A DNA stretch of 24,000 bases from Alphaproteobacteria bacterium (GTDB lineage Bacteria > Pseudomonadota > Alphaproteobacteria > Reyranellales > Reyranellaceae). The position numbers and the translations under genes are program-made. Numbering within the stretch: position 1 is the first letter of the stretch; each line of letters begins with the position of its first letter. The notes below the pieces were generated by a model, which did not search any database, was not told where the DNA came from, and saw only the letters and a program-made list of their open reading frames with translations. This document shows positions 23,012 to 24,000 of this stretch, piece after piece. The DNA lies in NCBI GenBank assembly GCA_016869975.1, contig VGCZ01000008.1:26869-50868 (forward strand). The letters run 5' to 3'.

Positions 23012-24000
23012 ATGAGCGGGGAGATCACTGGCGCGCCCGACTGGCGGCCCGACCGGCTAGGCCGAAAGCTGCCGTCGCTGCTGGCGCGCGGCCGAATCCT
23101 GACGGCGCTACGAGCGTGGTTCGCGGCCGAGGCTTTCGTCGAGGTCGAGACGCCTGTTCTGCAGATCTCGCCCGGCATGGAGGTGCATCTGCGCGCCTTC
23201 ATGAGCGAGCTGGTGGCGCCCGACGATTCGCGCCGGCGACTCTACCTGCACACCTCGCCGGAATTCGCGATGAAGAAGCTGCTGGCCGGCGGCGTGCCTC
23301 GGCTCTTCCAGTTCGCGCGTGTCTTTCGCAACGGCGAGCGCTCGGACCTGCATCATCCCGAGTTCACCATGCTCGAATGGTACCGGTCGGGCGCGACCTA
23401 CATCGATCTGATGGGCGATTGCGAGGCGTTGCTGCGCGAAGCCGCGAAGGCGGCCGGCGCGACGCGTCTGTCGTGGCGCGGTACCGAGTGCGATGTCGGT
23501 CGTCCGTTCGAGCGGCTGACGGTGGCGGAGGCATTCCGCCGGCACGCCGGCATCGACCTGCTGGCCACGGCGCCAGATCCGCATGCGCCCGATGCGGCGC
23601 TGTTGTCGCGCGCCGCGCGCGCGATCGGCGTCCGCACGACCGATGCCGACACCTGGGAGGACGTGTTCTTCCGCGTCATGCTGGAGCGCATCGAGAGCAA
23701 GCTTGGCTTCGGCCGACCGACCATCCTGTGCGACTACCCGGTGTCGATGGCGGCGCTGTCGCGGCCCAAGGCCAGCGATCCGCGCCTGGCCGAGCGCTTC
23801 GAGCTCTATGCCTGCGGTGTCGAGCTGGCCAACGCCTTCGGCGAGCTGACCGACGCCGCCGTGCAGCGTGCGCGCTTCGAGACCGACATGGCGCTCAAGG
23901 AGAGGCTCTACGGCGAGCGCTACCCGATCGACGAGGATTTCCTCGCGGCGCTGGAGCACGGCCTGCCGGAGTGCGCCGGCATCGCGCTGGGCTTCGATAG
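23012..24000 (+). CDS. epmA: EF-P-(R)-beta-lysine ligase EpmA (GenX/PoxA, truncated class II LysRS paralogue). N-terminal ~329 codons; the 3' end lies outside the window.
   Basis: Absent from the supplied ORF track because it has no in-window stop. I translated frame 2 from the ATG at 23012 by hand: MSGEITGAPDWRPDRLGRKLPSLLARGRILTALRAWFAAEAFVEVETPVLQISPG...LHTSPEFAMKKLL...FQFARVFRNGERSDLHHPEFTMLEWYR...AERFELYACGVELANAFGELTD...GLPECAGIALGFD. There are no stops to position 24000. Confidence 0.85.
   Translation, partial: MSGEITGAPDWRPDRLGRKLPSLLARGRILTALRAWFAAEAFVEVETPVLQISPGMEVHLRAFMSELVAPDDSRRRLYLHTSPEFAMKKLLAGGVPRLFQFARVFRNGERSDLHHPEFTMLEWYRSGATYIDLMGDCEALLREAAKAAGATRLSWRGTECDVGRPFERLTVAEAFRRHAGIDLLATAPDPHAPDAALLSRAARAIGVRTTDADTWEDVFFRVMLERIESKLGFGRPTILCDYPVSMAALSRPKASDPRLAERFELYACGVELANAFGELTDAAVQRARFETDMALKERLYGERYPIDEDFLAALEHGLPECAGIALGFD

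Noticed and set aside
23108-24000. ORFs 23108..23959 (-) and 23116..24000 (+) listed in the track
   Set aside because: Frame 2 on the plus strand encodes an unmistakable EpmA/GenX sequence over the same region. The listed ORFs are off-frame or antisense artefacts.

Overview
This is a very GC-rich chromosomal segment. From gene content, codon bias and REP-type repeats it looks alphaproteobacterial (Rhizobiales/Rhodospirillales-like); that is inference, since no search was possible. I support 26 protein-coding genes plus one frameshifted ABC exporter gene, and no rRNA, tRNA, CRISPR array, transposase or integrase. Housekeeping genes (rpmE, cyaY, suhB-like, efp, epmA) are interleaved with accessory metabolic genes: a Bug/TctC binding protein, a 2OG-Fe(II) oxygenase, a D-aminoacylase-like amidohydrolase, a PaaI thioesterase, a VOC protein, an MFS transporter, an intradiol dioxygenase, a RutE-like nitroreductase and an HKD phospholipase-D protein. 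Many long ORFs in the supplied track are antisense or off-frame artefacts of the high GC content. One real gene, epmA (23012 to the window end), is missing from the track because it has no in-window stop. The most interesting locus is a non-flagellar MotA/TolQ/ExbB-like plus MotB/OmpA-like pair at 11743-14415. The channel subunit has a ~190-aa helical tail and the B subunit has a ~290-aa coiled coil between its TM helix and its peptidoglycan-binding domain. A proline-rich, TonB-spacer-like OmpA-type protein lies just upstream (14664-15986). Together these look like an uncharacterised ion-driven envelope machine, with Zorya, Tol and Ton systems as the nearest analogies. Other notable items:
- a perfect FNR/FixK box with class II geometry in front of a small c-type cytochrome;
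- a lower-GC two-gene islet encoding an HExxH protein, next to an AT-rich tract;
- two REP-like hairpin families, some as inverted doublets and some supplying the C-termini of genes;
- an orphan ParD antitoxin;
- a 1-nt deletion that splits the ABC exporter just before its Walker A motif;
- a GNAT / YjbR / GNAT paralogue cluster;
- a YjbR-PLD operon.
All family assignments come from motif recognition by eye and need database confirmation.
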